DNA from: Eledone cirrhosa
Taxonomy: Eukaryota
Length of the DNA stretch: 64,000 bases
Direction of reading: 5' to 3'
NCBI GenBank assembly: GCA_964016885.1
Contig: OZ024743.1
Coordinates: forward strand, 192,572,001-192,636,000
Shown: piece by piece, positions 40,723 to 55,263 of the stretch
How positions within the stretch are numbered: the stretch's first letter is position 1
Layout of the letters: the number at the start of each line of letters is the position of its first letter
Position numbers and translations under genes: made by a program
Notes under the pieces: model-generated
What the model saw: the letters and a program-made list of their open reading frames with translations, nothing else
What the model was told of the DNA's origin: nothing
The model's database searches: none

Positions 40723-41190
40723 TTATAATGTTTCTACTTTTGGCACAAGGCCAGTGTATTACTGGTGCTTTATTTAATCGATCCCGTAAGGATAAAAGGC
40801 AAAGTTAACCTCGGCGGGATTTGAACTCAGACCGTAAAGCGGCGTAACTCTATGCTGCAAAGCATGCTGTCTGGCCCTCTACAACACTAGTAGACCAGTG
40901 CCATCAATAATGGTTTCTTATGTAGGTACAAGGCCAGCAATTCCAGGGGAGGGGAAAGTCGATTAAATCGATACCAGTGCTTGATTGGTATTTTATTTTA
41001 TCGACCCAGTAAGGATGAAAGGCAAAGTTAACCTCGGCGGGATTGGAACTCGGATCATAAAGTTGCAAATGATAAAGGCCCAGTGCCGGATTTAGGACAA
41101 ATGACTAGGACTAGTATTGTTTGGCAGTATCGGTAGAGGGTCAGACATCATGCTTTGCAGCATAGAGTTATGGCCCTTTACGTTCTGAAA
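40723..41190. mobile_element. SINE family A cluster (two minus-strand copies plus a plus-strand head)
   Basis: Family A sequence at 40723-40890 and 40908-41060, and an opposite-orientation head ttggcagtatcggtagagggtc at 41121. Confidence 0.8.
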
Positions 41191-41522
41191 CTTCCTACAA
41201 AGCGCAATTCGCATGAGGCCACAGCTGAAGTGAAGGCTACACTTAAAAGGCAACATCGTATTAAAACTTCACATCCAGAACGGTATTGGATACCCGTCGG
41301 TTCTGACGGCAAGTGTTTCAGTTGTTGGAGCTACAAAATGGCCTGCTGGTGAAATTTTTCCAGCCGCTAGAAATTGAACCTCCGACGTTCAATAATTTAG
41401 CCACTTAGGCTTCACATTCAGAGCAGTTTATATAAAACTTTTAGCAACACGACACAATCTTTAGATATAAACATTAAGATAGAAAACAACGGATACATCA
41501 CGTTTGTTTATACCTAAAACAA

Positions 41523-41701
41523 TAATTGTTTCTACTATTGGCACAAGGCCAGCAATTACCCAGTACATTACTGGTACTTTATTTTATCGACCCCGTAAGG
41601 ATGAAAGGCAAAGTTAACCTCAGCGGGATTTGAACTCAGAATGGCAAGGGCCGTAACTCAATGCGTCAAAGCATGGCGTCCGACCCTCTACCGATACTGC
41701 C
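41523..41701 (-). mobile_element. SINE family A, young copy
   Basis: Near-identical to the 4592 and 23914 copies. Further copies lie at about 232-900, 12275-12485, 20850-20955, 42200-42385, 42574-42754, 44380-44520, 47009-47198, 56386-56478 and 56680-57030 (-), and at 52732-52970 and 57499-57660 (+). Confidence 0.85.
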
Positions 41702-42430
41702 TGAATGCAGAAACAATGAATGTTGACAACGGAAGAATTTTTTTTTTTTTTGTGGTAAAATCATTACTTATAAGAAAATCTAGATTCTACTCTACAAATA
41801 AAGTATTGCATAAAGAAATCCACAGGAGAAAACGTTCACACGGACACATATTTCTAACGTGGCAAGGACAACGTTATTTAAATGAACCCAGTACTGAACT
41901 GAAACTTTATTTTATCTTCCCCGGAAGGAAAAATGGCAAAGTTGACCTCGGGGGGATTTGAAGATAGAATGTAAAGAATCAGAACAAATACTGCTATGAC
42001 ATTTTATATTTATTAAATTGCTGGCCCCGTGCCGTAATTTATGTACATATATATATATAATATATATGTACATATAACGAAGGAGTTGTGGTAAGGAACC
42101 AGATGGACCATAACGCACAAGAGTACTCAATACTTAGGGAAGTAGAGTGGGTAATAGGAAATATACAATATATAATCATTTCTACTTATATTGTGTATAA
42201 TGATTTCTACTGAAACACAAGACCAGCAATTTGTGGTCGTGGAGTGGATTATATGGACCCCAGTACTTGACTGCTACTTTACTTTATCAATCTCGGCGGG
42301 ATTGAACTCAGAACGTAGAAAATCATACTAAATACCGCAAAGTATTTTTGTCCGACGGTCTACCGATGCTGCCAATCCACCGCCCTACGTTTATTATACA
42401 TAAACATCTACACACAAAAATATATATATA

Positions 42431-43362
<932 letters not shown>

Positions 43363-44989
43363 ATATATATATATATATATAACAAAGAAAGTGTGGTAAG
43401 GAACCAGGTGGACCACAGCACACCAGAGTACTCGATACTTAGGGTAGTCGAGTGGGTAATAGGAAACCGAACCCATCCGGATCTAGCTGTCGAAACGGCA
43501 GGAGCTCAGCCGTCGGGGTCCTGATTCTTTTATATATATATATATCTGTCTGTGTCTCTGTGCAGTTCTAGCGCAGTAGCAATAGATGAGAATTGCACTT
43601 TTATTAATAAGGACGGAAGGGTTGATGATGAGGAAGAAGAGTATGTTATAGCCATTGTTGTACTTATTTCCTGCTTCTAGATTCTCGTCTTGAGTCTCTT
43701 CAAACTTTCTCTTTTTTTGGAGTTTTGCCATGAAAATGAAACGTGGGACGTAATTCCAAAATATTACCCTTTCCCACTGTTTCCTCTCCTCCCCTCTTGT
43801 ACTTCATAAGTTAACAACTCCTCACCGTCACCGCCCTTCTACCTCTGTGTGTTTTAACCTAAATACATAGTCTTCCTATGATGTTTTTTTGGAAGCGTGG
43901 AGTTGCAATGCTTAGCTATTGTAGGAACGTGGGAGAAATCAGGTTGATAGACTTATGGGAATGGAAGGAAGAGATAAATGTATAGAAGTAGAAAGTTGGT
44001 GAGTGGATATTGAAGCATTGTACGAGGAGAATGTTAACGGGTTGAGTGCAGTGGAAGATATGTCTATGAGTGGACGTGATTTTTCTTGTGAATTAGGATA
44101 CTGAGTTGTTCTCTGTGATCTCGGCTCTTTTCTAAAATTTTAGTCGTAATATACATGTGGGCCATATGCATAATTAAAAACAAACAAAATGGAAATCAAA
44201 AGTGGGTGATTACAAAACAGAATTGCTGACCCTTGATACAGAGAACAGAATAATTATCTCTCCTCCGTCCATGGGCCTTGAACTCCTGATGGTTTCGCAA
44301 GGTCGTTGCCGTAATACACGGCGTGTCTGGGGATCTTTAAACCCAAGTACGAGAAAGTAAGAAAAAGATAGAGAAACAATCAACCTCAGTATTGGACTGG
44401 TATTTTATTCATCAACACTGAAAGACAAAGTTAATCTTTCGGGATTTGAACTTTGAGCGCACAGAGCCGGAACGAATAATGCAAAACATTTTAGCTGACG
44501 TCCTAACGGCTCTGCCAACTCGGGGTATAAACGTATTCACATACATAAAAATTATATTTATAGAACACCGTCAAACGTCCGATAATTGAATTTTGAAGAG
44601 AGTGTATTTTAATTCATCATCATAATCTATAAAGCTCAGTGTGTGGTCATGCTCCTTCGTTATAGAAATCTACGATATAGAATTTCTTCAATTGAAATTT
44701 ACAATTCAGTATTCGAAATAGCTTCGATTGCGTCTTGACGTAGATAATTTTTTCAATTTCACCCACAATTACGCAAAAAATAGATAAAACTCAATATTTT
44801 ACGATTTTTCTCTCTCATTTAAACTGCTGAACTCTTTCTACTACCATTCAAATCTATACAACTTCATACTTTCTACTACCATTCAAATCTATACAACTTC
44901 ATACTTTCTGCTACTTTCTCTTTCCAAGCTTGATGGTGATACTGTCCGTTCACACCACTCCCTACTGTCTTAAATTTAGAAAACACATA

Positions 44990-45549
44990 TCCTCTATGAG
45001 GTTACTAAACCTGCTAGAAACAGCAGCTAACTCTCCCCCATAACACACCCCTCCCTACTGTCTTAAATTTAGAAAACATATCTTCTATGAGGTCACTAAA
45101 CCTGCTAGAAACAGCAGCTAACTCTCCCCCATATCACACCACTCCCTACTGTCTTAAATTTAGAAAACACATATCCTCTATGAGGTCACTAAACCTGCTA
45201 GAAACAACAGCTAACTCTTCCTCATATCACAACCCTCCCTACTGTCTTAAATTTAGAAAACACACAGACAACCATTCAGAACAACTCCATCGCAGCTCTG
45301 TTGTTCGGCTGGCATCGTCTACGCGCGTGTTGCGCAAGTACTGTGAAACAATAAATTTCAACACTTTTTTGCACAGAGATAATATCCATCGGCGAAACTA
45401 CAATTGTCACTGCTGGCGCAGCTCATGCTTCCAGGTCGCAATTCATTCACCCAGTGCCTGGCAGACAAAAAAGTGCTGCTATAAAATGGGTGATGCAACC
45501 TAACTTTGGTAACTTAATGACCCCGAGCAACGCCGGGCTTTAATGCTAG
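44990..45549 (+). mobile_element. Non-autonomous Helitron (family H2) with a tandemly repeated ~91-bp 5' module
   Basis: 3' hairpin cccgagcaacgccggg followed by CTAG|T at 45546-45550. Three ~91-bp units each begin A|TC(C/T)TCTATGAGG. Confidence 0.78.
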
Positions 45550-46095
45550 TTGATTATAAATATTCACGTTGTCAACCATTTTCGCTGTTATAGACTTTGA
45601 AAATTAAATCAACATGTCAAAATATATCGTTGCAATGTCATAACATACTTTTAAATATTTCCATGGTATTTCAAGAATAACTTACGCTAAAACATTGATA
45701 CAAACATGGCTTATTAGAGAAGTTCGCTTCGAAATCATGAATTTCTGAGTTCGATCCCATTGTATAGCATTTGGGCAAGTGGCATTTATCATAGTATGGA
45801 TTGTTCCAAGCTATGAAAATGAAATTGAGTAGACGGAAACTGTTTGAAAATCTGTCTAATGGACTGTACCTGTAATTCAAAGGGTCAGCCTTGTGATACT
45901 CTGTGTCACGCTGAAACTCTGCTTTAAGAGTAAAACAAATCAGTGGAATGCTTAGCCACTTACAAGTTAATTTCACGAGCCGACTGTTCCGTTGATCGAA
46001 CACGGCGTAAACGACGACACTCCATTCCAGATCACAAACATACACACGGAGAGAGAGAGAGACGTACAACTATTTTTGTACTATTTTACAAAATC

Positions 46096-46279
46096 AGACC
46101 TACCAACCTCTAAAAACCCAAACGAAGCGTTCCATGAAAAAAAGTGCCTCAAAACGGGGAGAAATGAGCCAAAATGGGGAGATTTTACATAATGAAAGCT
46201 TTTCCCATTTTCCTAAGAGAAGATCTCTCACCCACCCCAAAGGCTATTGCAAATCTCCCCGGGAGAGTTGACAGGTCTG
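46096..46279. mobile_element. MITE with CAGACCT(G/A)CCAAC TIRs
   Basis: TIRs cagacctaccaac / gttgacaggtctg with a flanking duplication CAAAAT. The body is homologous to 49813-49968 and 60945-61143. Confidence 0.8.
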
Positions 46280-47511
46280 CAAAATGTTTACCGAAGAACC
46301 CCAGCATTTCGCAAAAAATATGTTCTCTTTGATATAAATACATTCTTCCTCTACGACAATGTTTGTTTAAATAAATTCGGGTGGTGGAGAATATAATTAT
46401 GGTTTCTGCGACAAAATAAGTTTAGGAATCATTGATATTCTTTTGTTCATTCATTGGCTTAACTTATTGGACTGAGGTCCTGCTGGCTTCAACGCGAATG
46501 ACTAATTAGTTGAATACACTTCTCAGTGGAATCGACATAAAAATCACCATGGCAATCATCATGATCATCACCATGTTCTTAGACCACCCAAAGGAAAATT
46601 ATGTAGACATTAAAGTATTTACACAAACAAACTACGTTCTCTCTCATTTTTCCCAACCACTGAGCAGACCGTTTAATGTTTTGAACAAAATTATTTTTTA
46701 ATTCAAAGTTACTGCACGGCAACATTTCAAAGCTACAAAGCGGTACTAATACAGTGACCGCACGACCGCACGCCCTAGATGGAATGTTGCATGGAAACTA
46801 ATAAACACATGGACTGCAATGATCTTTTGGAAGAATTATAAATAGCCAGACTTATCGCAACTAAGATATTTCAACCCTTTCAATACCAAACCGCCCGACA
46901 CCATTCTTTGTTTCTACCACACTAAGCTGTATTTTAATCTGAAAAAAAACTCCCCCTCATAATTTTATGTAATAAGTTTTGTTCAGTTATGTTCCAAATA
47001 ACAGCTTAATAATTGTTACTACTTTTGGTACAAGGCCAGCAATTATTCCAGTGTATTACTGGTGCTTTATTTTATCGACCCCGTAAGGATGAAAGGCAAA
47101 GTTAACTTCGGCGGGATTTGAATTCAGACCATAAAGGGCCGTAACTCTATGCTGCAAAGCATGGTGTCCGACTCTACCGATACTGCCAATCTACCGCCCT
47201 CCTTGTTTTCAATAATAAAATTAGTTAATTACACTTACTTTCTTTTCTCTGCAATTTCTTTCAAGTCGATTCCACTTGGAATATACGCAAATGGTTTTTG
47301 ATCTTTGTTCTTCAGCATGGTATTTAGCAAGGCACCTGGGACTTTCCCACTGCTTTCTTGTTCAGCGTTGCCATTACCATATTCATTCATCGAACTCTGG
47401 CCATGATCAGGCGCCTACAAAGAGAATGAAATGAAATTTACAGTTTATGCCTATGAGGTTTTTCTGGCCTCCTATAAGATTGCATTCCAGAGGAGGCTTC
47501 TCGTGTTTTAA

Positions 47512-47952
47512 TCTATATAATACTAAATGTCTGTGATTGCTTGCTTGCTTGTGTGTAATGTAATACAGCCAAAAGGGTGCATAATGGGAAAATACTTTGA
47601 AAGGAAGTTGACCCTCAAATGGGAGTACAAATGAAATAAAACAACTTTCGCGTAAATCGAAGCACGGGTTACCGAGATATGGGGTTTTCCGGGTACCTTC
47701 ATAAACAAAGAGAGAGAGGGGGAGAGAAAGATGGAGAGAAAGAGATAGTGGTTGTGAGAGAGTAGAGTGAAAGAGACACATAGGGAGAGGAGACAGAGAA
47801 GGAAAATGCAAAAGAGAGAGCTGGTGGTGTTGTTGTGTATATATATGTGAGCGTTTGTGTATATATATGTGTGTGTGTGTGTATTTATGACCAGTGTATA
47901 TAGATCACAGATATCCACATATATATATATATACACACACACATATATGTAT

Positions 47953-48005
<53 letters not shown>

Positions 48006-48120
48006 CACGCACGTATATATATGGGCCTTCATTTCCCATTATATACATGTCTGTGTATATTTTAATTATTTAAAAAATATTTTTAAGTGAACGTGATCCA
48101 AAGGGTCACGGGTGGTCTAG
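47512..48120 (+). mobile_element. Non-autonomous Helitron (family H1)
   Basis: A|TCTATATAATACT 5' end, subterminal hairpin cgtgatcc-aaag-ggtcacg and 3' CTAG|T, with no TSD. It contains (TA)/(CA) microsatellites. The internal 180 bp is shared with 1680-1850. Confidence 0.8.
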
Positions 48121-48419
48121 TGGAAAGTAAAATTAAGCGTCTTCTTCAAGAAAACAACACGCCGCGCAGTCTAGAAATCGAACCCATGGCATTATGATCA
48201 TGAGCCTAACACCCTAAGAATTTTGCCAAACACCTTCAGACACCAGCTCAATGTTGCATCACTGATACATAGCAAGTCCATTTCCAGTCAAAGAGACATT
48301 CATGTGGTGGCTCAACAACCCCTACGATACCATGTTTCTAACCCCATACGTTGTATTTCAATTAATTAATGAAGCATTTCGGAGAAAATTTACTAAAATT
48401 ATTGATTATTTCATTATTA

Positions 48420-48514
48420 AGATAGTGGCTGTAGTAATGGTGATAGTTGTAGTGGAGGTAGTAGTAGTGGTCGTAGTAGTAGAACTAGTTGTTGTCGTGG
48501 TGGTGGTGGTTTTG

Positions 48515-48551
<37 letters not shown>

Positions 48552-48600
48552 AAGTAGTAGTAGTACCACCAGCTTCACTGATGATGATGATGATGGCGGC
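48420..48600. repeat. (GTA)/(GTG)/(GAT) trinucleotide low-complexity tract
   Basis: Direct reading; it explains the poly-Val ORF. Confidence 0.9.
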
Positions 48601-49812
48601 GATGGTTATGGTTTGTGCATTTTAAGTAGGTACTGCCAAAAAGGGAATGTTTTCTAACCACACCCAATATGTTGAACTGGCATTGAATATGTTTTACTCG
48701 TGTATAAATATAATCTCAACAGACTTCCAATTGCAGCGGGATAACAAGAGGCCGAATGGAATTACAATCTTACCGTTCCGAAGTGGTGAGCCCTTTATCA
48801 GGCATGTGACCTCCAATCAGTACCAGCGCCTGGGTGTTTAACAACCTAGTTTAACACTACGATGAAATTGATTAATTTCAACTTACAGTTTCATAAGCTG
48901 GAGTACCGACTTAAAGAGATTCAGTTGATTATATCAACCCCCAGTACTTATTTTTTTGCAAGTCTGGTATTTGTTTTATCGCTCTCTTTTTGTCGAACCG
49001 CTAAGCTACGGGATACAAACACACACCCAAACACATATTTCATATATATCAGATTGGTAACTCGACAAACCTAGTTTTTGACACTTCTTGCTCTGACTGT
49101 ACTAAAAGAAAAAATTACTAAGCCAGTATTTTCCACTACACAGTCTCCATTCATCCACGCCAAATCACGTGACAAGTCATAACACCTTACAACCCTCTCC
49201 TCCGATTTGGATATTCCCACAACTCAGCTACCTACGAATCAATGATGTCTAGCGATTTATTTACTAATTGCAGGAAATGATATATCTAATCTAGTTATAC
49301 GGATCTGTATGAAACTGTGAACGTTTGGGGTTCAGTAATGCGCCCCTCTGAGGTCTGAATCTTCAGCAGCTGCCTAACTGGCCTTAATGGTAGCGCTGTT
49401 CCTGCCTACACTGATATATTCTCTGGTGAAATCGGCGCCAAACCCAGGCTCCGTTACCCGACGGGCTGAAGATCTCAACCAGTCAAAGTACCGACCACTC
49501 TCTGGCAGGGTTATTGTTGAACTCCTAGTAGGGTAAACATCCGGCGTCTTGGGATTCAGAACTTACTTACTGTGAGAGGGATGGGTTAAGAAAACCATTT
49601 TTTTATTTTTTTATGGGAAAAACCAACAAAACAAAATAATTTCAACTTATAGTGAAGTAAGTTGACGAAACAAGGTGTTGGCACTTGCTCTGACTACACT
49701 ACAAAAATTACAAAACCTGTATGATGGTGGTGGTGTGCTAGGCTCCTCCCCATCACAATCACACTTGGTTTTCTTTCTCTTTTCAAACCACGAAAAATCT
49801 TGAAATATAAAG

Positions 49813-49968
49813 CAGACCTGCCAATCTCTAAAAACCCAAACGGGGAGAAATGAGGCAAAATGGGGAGATTTTATATAATGAGAGTATACCCATTTTCACA
49901 AGAGAAGACATCTCTCAGCCACCCCAAACCTATCAACTGTACCCGGACGGGTACAGTTGATAGGTCTG
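49813..49968. mobile_element. Same MITE family, internally deleted copy
   Basis: cagacctgccaatc ... gttgataggtctg, with flanks TATAAAG / TATAAGG. Confidence 0.8.
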
Positions 49969-50596
49969 TATAAGGTAAAAGTGAAAATTGTCGCTGCGTC
50001 TTTACTTTTACTTCCACTCCTTTACTTCTAACTTGTAGTGAAGGCGCATGACATAGTGGTTAGAGTGTTAAGTTCATGAAAGTATGGTTGTGAGTTCGAT
50101 TCCCAGTTGCGTGTTATGTCCCCGAGCATAACACTTTATTTCACATTGCGATACCCCATGACTTGTTACTGTAATTCAAAGAAGGGCCAGCCTTGTCAAA
50201 CACTGTGTCATGTTGAATCTCAGCGAGAATTACATTAATGGTACACATGTCTATAGAATGCTCAGCCACTTGGACGTTAATTTCAGCAGGACAAGCTGTT
50301 CGGCTGTTCTGTAGATGAAAACAAATGGAACAAGGAGGTTCAATATACATTTCTAACTTGCAATTGGGAAGACGAATGGAAACATCGTTCCCTTAGTCCG
50401 ATTTGACGAGTTTCACCCCACTCAGTAAGCGAATGAGGCCTGGAATCTTGTTTAGACTGGTTAAAAATACAAAATAAAAACTTGCCTTGCGCTGGCTTTT
50501 CTAATATAATTTTAACCATATATGTTTTACAATGTTTCCTATAAACAAATTAGAGAACAATTTTTCTTTCCAAAGAAAATATTTAAAGTGAAGTCA

Positions 50597-50870
50597 TCTA
50601 TATATCTAAAACAGAGAATGTCTGTCTGTCTGTCTGTCTGTCACTAAAACTCGAGAACCACTCAACTGATTGTTTTCAAACTTTACACATGTAATACTTA
50701 TAGTCCTGTGAGTGTTTTGCGCAAAAATATTTCAAATTGTCAATGCCCTAGGGACCGCATTAGGCGATTTAGCGATCTCTCTCTCTTAGTCTTTCTCTTT
50801 TTAGATAGATACATAGATATAACGTTGCGCCCTTATAATATCTGTCTGCATTACGACACTATGACGTAGC

Positions 50871-50953
<83 letters not shown>

Positions 50954-51068
50954 TGTACCGTTTTTTGAAATATTTACTTCTGCGTTCACAGATCTATTTT
51001 TTTATTTTAGTTTCAGAAGATCTCGTTAAGGGTGAAAGCAGCGATTCTTTGCTTAAACTTTAATCTGT

Positions 51069-51109
<41 letters not shown>

Positions 51110-51289
51110 ATAACAAGTTATCGTTATAGGTGATCCAATTAGAGGTAGTCCAGCTGGGGATCGATTGACGCAGCATTAAGCGATTAGCGAACTCTAGACG
51201 CACCAGATCAACGAAACAATTGTCACCACTTTGAATAAAGCCCTTATTGTACAGCCAACCATGTTACTCTTCTTTCTTTAACTATATAT

Positions 51290-51336
<47 letters not shown>

Positions 51337-51519
51337 TTCGTGTACAGATTTTTTTGCATACACAATAACAAAATATAAACAAAAGTACTTATTTCGCGAT
51401 AAAGTATTGATTTTCTTCGCACGGAAAAAAAGCCCCTGGTAATCTACGATGAATTTTTTTATAAGCACAAAATGTAGACACCATCCCGAGGCCGAGGTAT
51501 TCCGTACTTCTCTGTACTG

Positions 51520-51588
<69 letters not shown>

Positions 51589-51734
51589 TATATTCGTGTA
51601 GATATTTTTGCATACACAATAACAAAATATAAACAAACGTATTTATTTCACGAAGCTCTATAAGGATAAATATATATAAAAAATATATAAGAACCCTAGA
51701 GCAAATCCCGAGCAACGCCGGACCATTCTGCTAG
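50597..51734 (+). mobile_element. Composite non-autonomous Helitron carrying (GTCT)n and several (TA)n-flanked inserts
   Basis: A|TCTATATATCTAAAA 5' end followed by (GTCT)n, and 3' cccgagcaacgccgg...CTAG|T at 51731-51735. Linking the two ends into one element is inferred. Confidence 0.6.
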
Positions 51735-52057
51735 TATTAAACTAAAATAATAGTTGAATTGTATAATTGATGATAACATGAAGAGAGGAGAGTTGTTTTG
51801 TTGTTAGAGAAGTGGTGCTATGGGGGGGAGGGTGTCTGGCTATCTTTGTTGGCGGCGTACAGCAAATAGTGAGAGGGAACTATAGAAGACGTGGGTGGGG
51901 TGGTGGAAGAAGAAGAAGAAGAAGAAGAAGAAGAAGCGATAAAGTTATTACAATCTTATCTGGAAATTTGATGTAGAACAAAAAAGATAAAACATTTTAA
52001 CAAAACCATAATACTTGGCTAACTGGAAGGCTGGGGCGTTGTCAAAACATAAAGACT

Positions 52058-52328
52058 TACATACAGATGTATATACAAATGCATATATATATATGCACAT
52101 GCATATACATGCACAAGTATCCATACATATATACACTCATACATGCATGCATACATACATAAATGCATATATACATTCATACATACATACATGCATACAT
52201 ATATGCATGCATACATACATATATGCATGCATACATGTATACATTCATACATATATGCATACATACATACATATATACATATATACATATATACATACAT
52301 GCATACATACACATACACATACATACAT
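52058..52328. repeat. Degenerate (CATA)n/(CATG)n tract
   Basis: Direct reading. Confidence 0.9.
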
Positions 52329-53094
52329 TTTAAAGATTGTGTTGAGAAAGCTGGTATATTGCAGGTTTCGGGAGTAAAAACTGGAGTAAAGTAAGAAAAA
52401 TTTTATTTAAGCATTTATTGAATGACTAAAGATGATATATCCATGATCAACAACTAATTTAATTAGCAGTAGTACCAACACAGCGTGATTCAGAATACAG
52501 CTTTATATAAAAGCCTATACTGTATGGTTATGTTTAATAAACATACATTAGTCTCGCTGTGAGTATTTTGAAGCTGTGATCATGTCATAGCTACCACAGT
52601 AATCCTGTAAGAACGTTAACTATTGGTATTTCACTGACCTTTACTCGGCACTAAGGTAGAATAAGTTGATAGATCATATATAGATTTTTGCATATAATAC
52701 ATTTTTAGAGATGTTCATTTGCGTGTATAAGCGGCGATTTGGCAGTGGTTAGAACGTCAGATAGAACGGCAGAGTCGTTAGAACGTCAGATAGAACGGCA
52801 GAGTCGTTAGAACGTCAGATAGAACGGCAGAGTCGTTAGAACGTCGGATAGAATGTTTTATGGTATTCCAGCTCTCTGCTCTCTGAGTTCAAATCTCGCT
52901 GAGGTCAACTTTGCCTTTCATCCTTTCGAGATCGATAAAAAAAAGTACCAGTCGACTGGTGTCGATTCTTCCCCTCTCTGGAAGAAATCTGCTATACTCA
53001 GGCCTGGAGAGGGATGGGATCCGCCAGGCTTGAAATGTCCAAGAAAGGTCATATGTCAATACGACGCCCCTATGACCCTATCAGGAGTTACGTG

Positions 53095-53500
53095 AGCATA
53101 CCATACCAGTTGCATGTAGTGCGGATTTGACGGCCTTGTATTAATTAGAAGTAGCACTAACATAGGGTGATTCGGAATAGAAGCGTATGCCCTTTTCCTT
53201 CCGCACACTCCTTGCATTCCAATGACCTCCTACTATCTTGATGCTGTTCAGTGCCCCCCTCCCCTCCTTTTGAGTTTCGCAGTGCCCTTAAAGGCTCCAC
53301 ACCCTTGAGGGCCGAATACAAGGGGAAATGGCCAGGGGACGGCAGAAAAGGAAATTGAGAGATGATATTTAGGAATGGACAGGAAGGAGTTTGGCGGAAT
53401 GTACGGCAATGGCAAGAGACAGGAAACGATGGAGAGTGCTGGTCCATAAGTCCATGACCCCCAACCCTCAGATAGGAGGGTAGGATGAGGCTAGGCTAGC
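53095..53500 (+). mobile_element. Probable RTE-type LINE 3' remnant
   Basis: TLEGRIQGKWPGDGRKGN...DDI...W...QETGNDGEC resembles the RTE C-terminal G.R.RGR...W.D.I..W motif. Confidence 0.55.
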
Positions 53501-53841
53501 TCCCACATTGATAACCACCGCTCTGAATTTGAAAATATGGTTATGAACGACTGACGACTACATTCCTGTCATTTACATACATCCCATAAACCAATCAGAA
53601 GTAGATCCTTTCCGTGGTCCTCGGACATGTTAGAAATAGCAACCAAATCTGGAGAAAGACACATTCTATAAAGTACACCTCGATACACTATACCTGGAAA
53701 AATGACGAGGAGATCACGATTGGAACGCCTTTGGTCATATGTCTGTTAGAAAGCAGTTAACAGATTCCAGTATCTGTCATGTATGCTATGGATGATAAAA
53801 TGAGACGCAATGTTCTAAAACGTTCTCTGCCAACTATCCAC

Positions 53842-53875
<34 letters not shown>

Positions 53876-54149
53876 CACACACACACACACACAGACATAC
53901 ATACATATAAATATAAGTCAGTGTTGTAGAATATGTATAAACTTTATTTGCATATTACAATTGTTTAGATATCGATCAGCTTAGGGTATAATCAAGGTGA
54001 CGGGTCCCACTCTTTTTCGACTTCTCATCAGATATGCTAGTTTATATGTGCAAAGACACATCTACCCAAAACGGGTCTGGTAACAGCATCGAGTGCTTCG
54101 AACAGCACGCCGCCTGTAACTGTTGTTACACACTTAACTAACGCGTGTA

Positions 54150-54194
<45 letters not shown>

Positions 54195-54198
<4 letters not shown>

Positions 54199-55250
54199 CC
54201 AACACCTCTTCTCTCCCTCTCTCTCTCCTTCTCCCCGCTCCACGCACACACATCCCACTAACACCTCTACTAATATACACCCCATCGCCCCACTTCACTA
54301 CCTTCCCCCTCCACCCTTCACACCTACCCATCCTCTCCTCTGTCCACCGCACCTTCGCACACACAGACACACACACAGTCCTCACCTCACTCCACCTGTC
54401 ACCCCACTCTACTGCTACCTCTTCATCCCGCTCTACTGCTATCTCTCCACCCTGTCTTGACCCTCTGACCACTTCCTGATGCGCGCGCACCCCACTTCCC
54501 TCCACTTCCGACCACCACCAACATTGGATTCTACACGTTCGGTCATCTCTCCAACCATCCACTCCATATCTTGAAAAATATCCGGCATCCCTCCACACAT
54601 CCGACGGAACTACCTCAGGACCTTACCCACGAACATACACTCACACATTTTTTTCCACACCACGCCACCCACATCCACACCACATATAAACACAAACACA
54701 CACGTGCGTACCCCCACATATACACAACCTCCGGAATCCACACGCCACCTCCCCCACCCCTGACCCCCCTCCTTCCACACGCACGCACACACCGACTTAC
54801 ACCCCACCCCACGCACACACCTTTTCCTGAACATGGAACCTCGTTCTTCCTCAAACTCTCACATACACACGCGCACACTCACGTACACCTACACACCTAC
54901 ACAAACACCACCTCAGCCTTCCTCGCTTCGACCCCCCCCCTCCCTTTCCCAACTCCACTCGCCACCATCCTTACACGCCTCACACCCTTCCACCACTTGT
55001 CCATCTTATTGTTTATTCTTATGTTTATTTTTACGTTTATTTTTACGTTTATTTTTATTTTTATTTGTTCTCCTTCCCCCTTTTTTCTAAATGTATTTCC
55101 ACACACCCTCTGAACTCTCTTCCTAACCTATTTACTCCTGAAGAAGGGCTTATGCCCTAAACATCCCCCTCCCCCACTCTCAAAATTGTGAATCTAATAA
55201 ACCTTTATTTGTCTGCCTCTCTGTTTTGTTCCCGTATAAATTTGCACTAT
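54195..55250 (+). mobile_element. Penelope-like element 3' region (C/A-rich low complexity) with a dead hammerhead
   Basis: Flanked by (TA)n on both sides. It contains CTGAAGA-AGGGC-TTAT-GCCC-TAAACATC at 55138-55165 and shares its tail with the 63040 copy. Confidence 0.55.
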
Positions 55251-55263
55251 ATATATATATATA

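Noticed and set aside
44835-44910. 35-bp direct tandem duplication
   Set aside because: It is an ordinary local slippage duplication.
44960-45270. ~91-bp periodic repeats as a CRISPR-like array or repeat protein (ORFs 45087-45503 and 55270-55683)
   Set aside because: The units are whole tandem copies with no unique spacers, and the ORFs sit inside a non-autonomous Helitron.
48775-48830. Possible minus-strand exon (ALVLIGGHMPDKGLTTSER, GTAAGA donor)
   Set aside because: The acceptor has a poor pyrimidine tract and the peptide has no PDZ similarity, so it cannot be supported.
51013-51048. CAGAAGA...GAAAG as another hammerhead
   Set aside because: The core is mismatched, stem II is weak, and there is no UH cleavage site or stem I.
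54037-55113. His/Thr/Pro-rich ORFs
   Set aside because: They come from C/A-rich low-complexity sequence in a decayed repeat and have no convincing domain.
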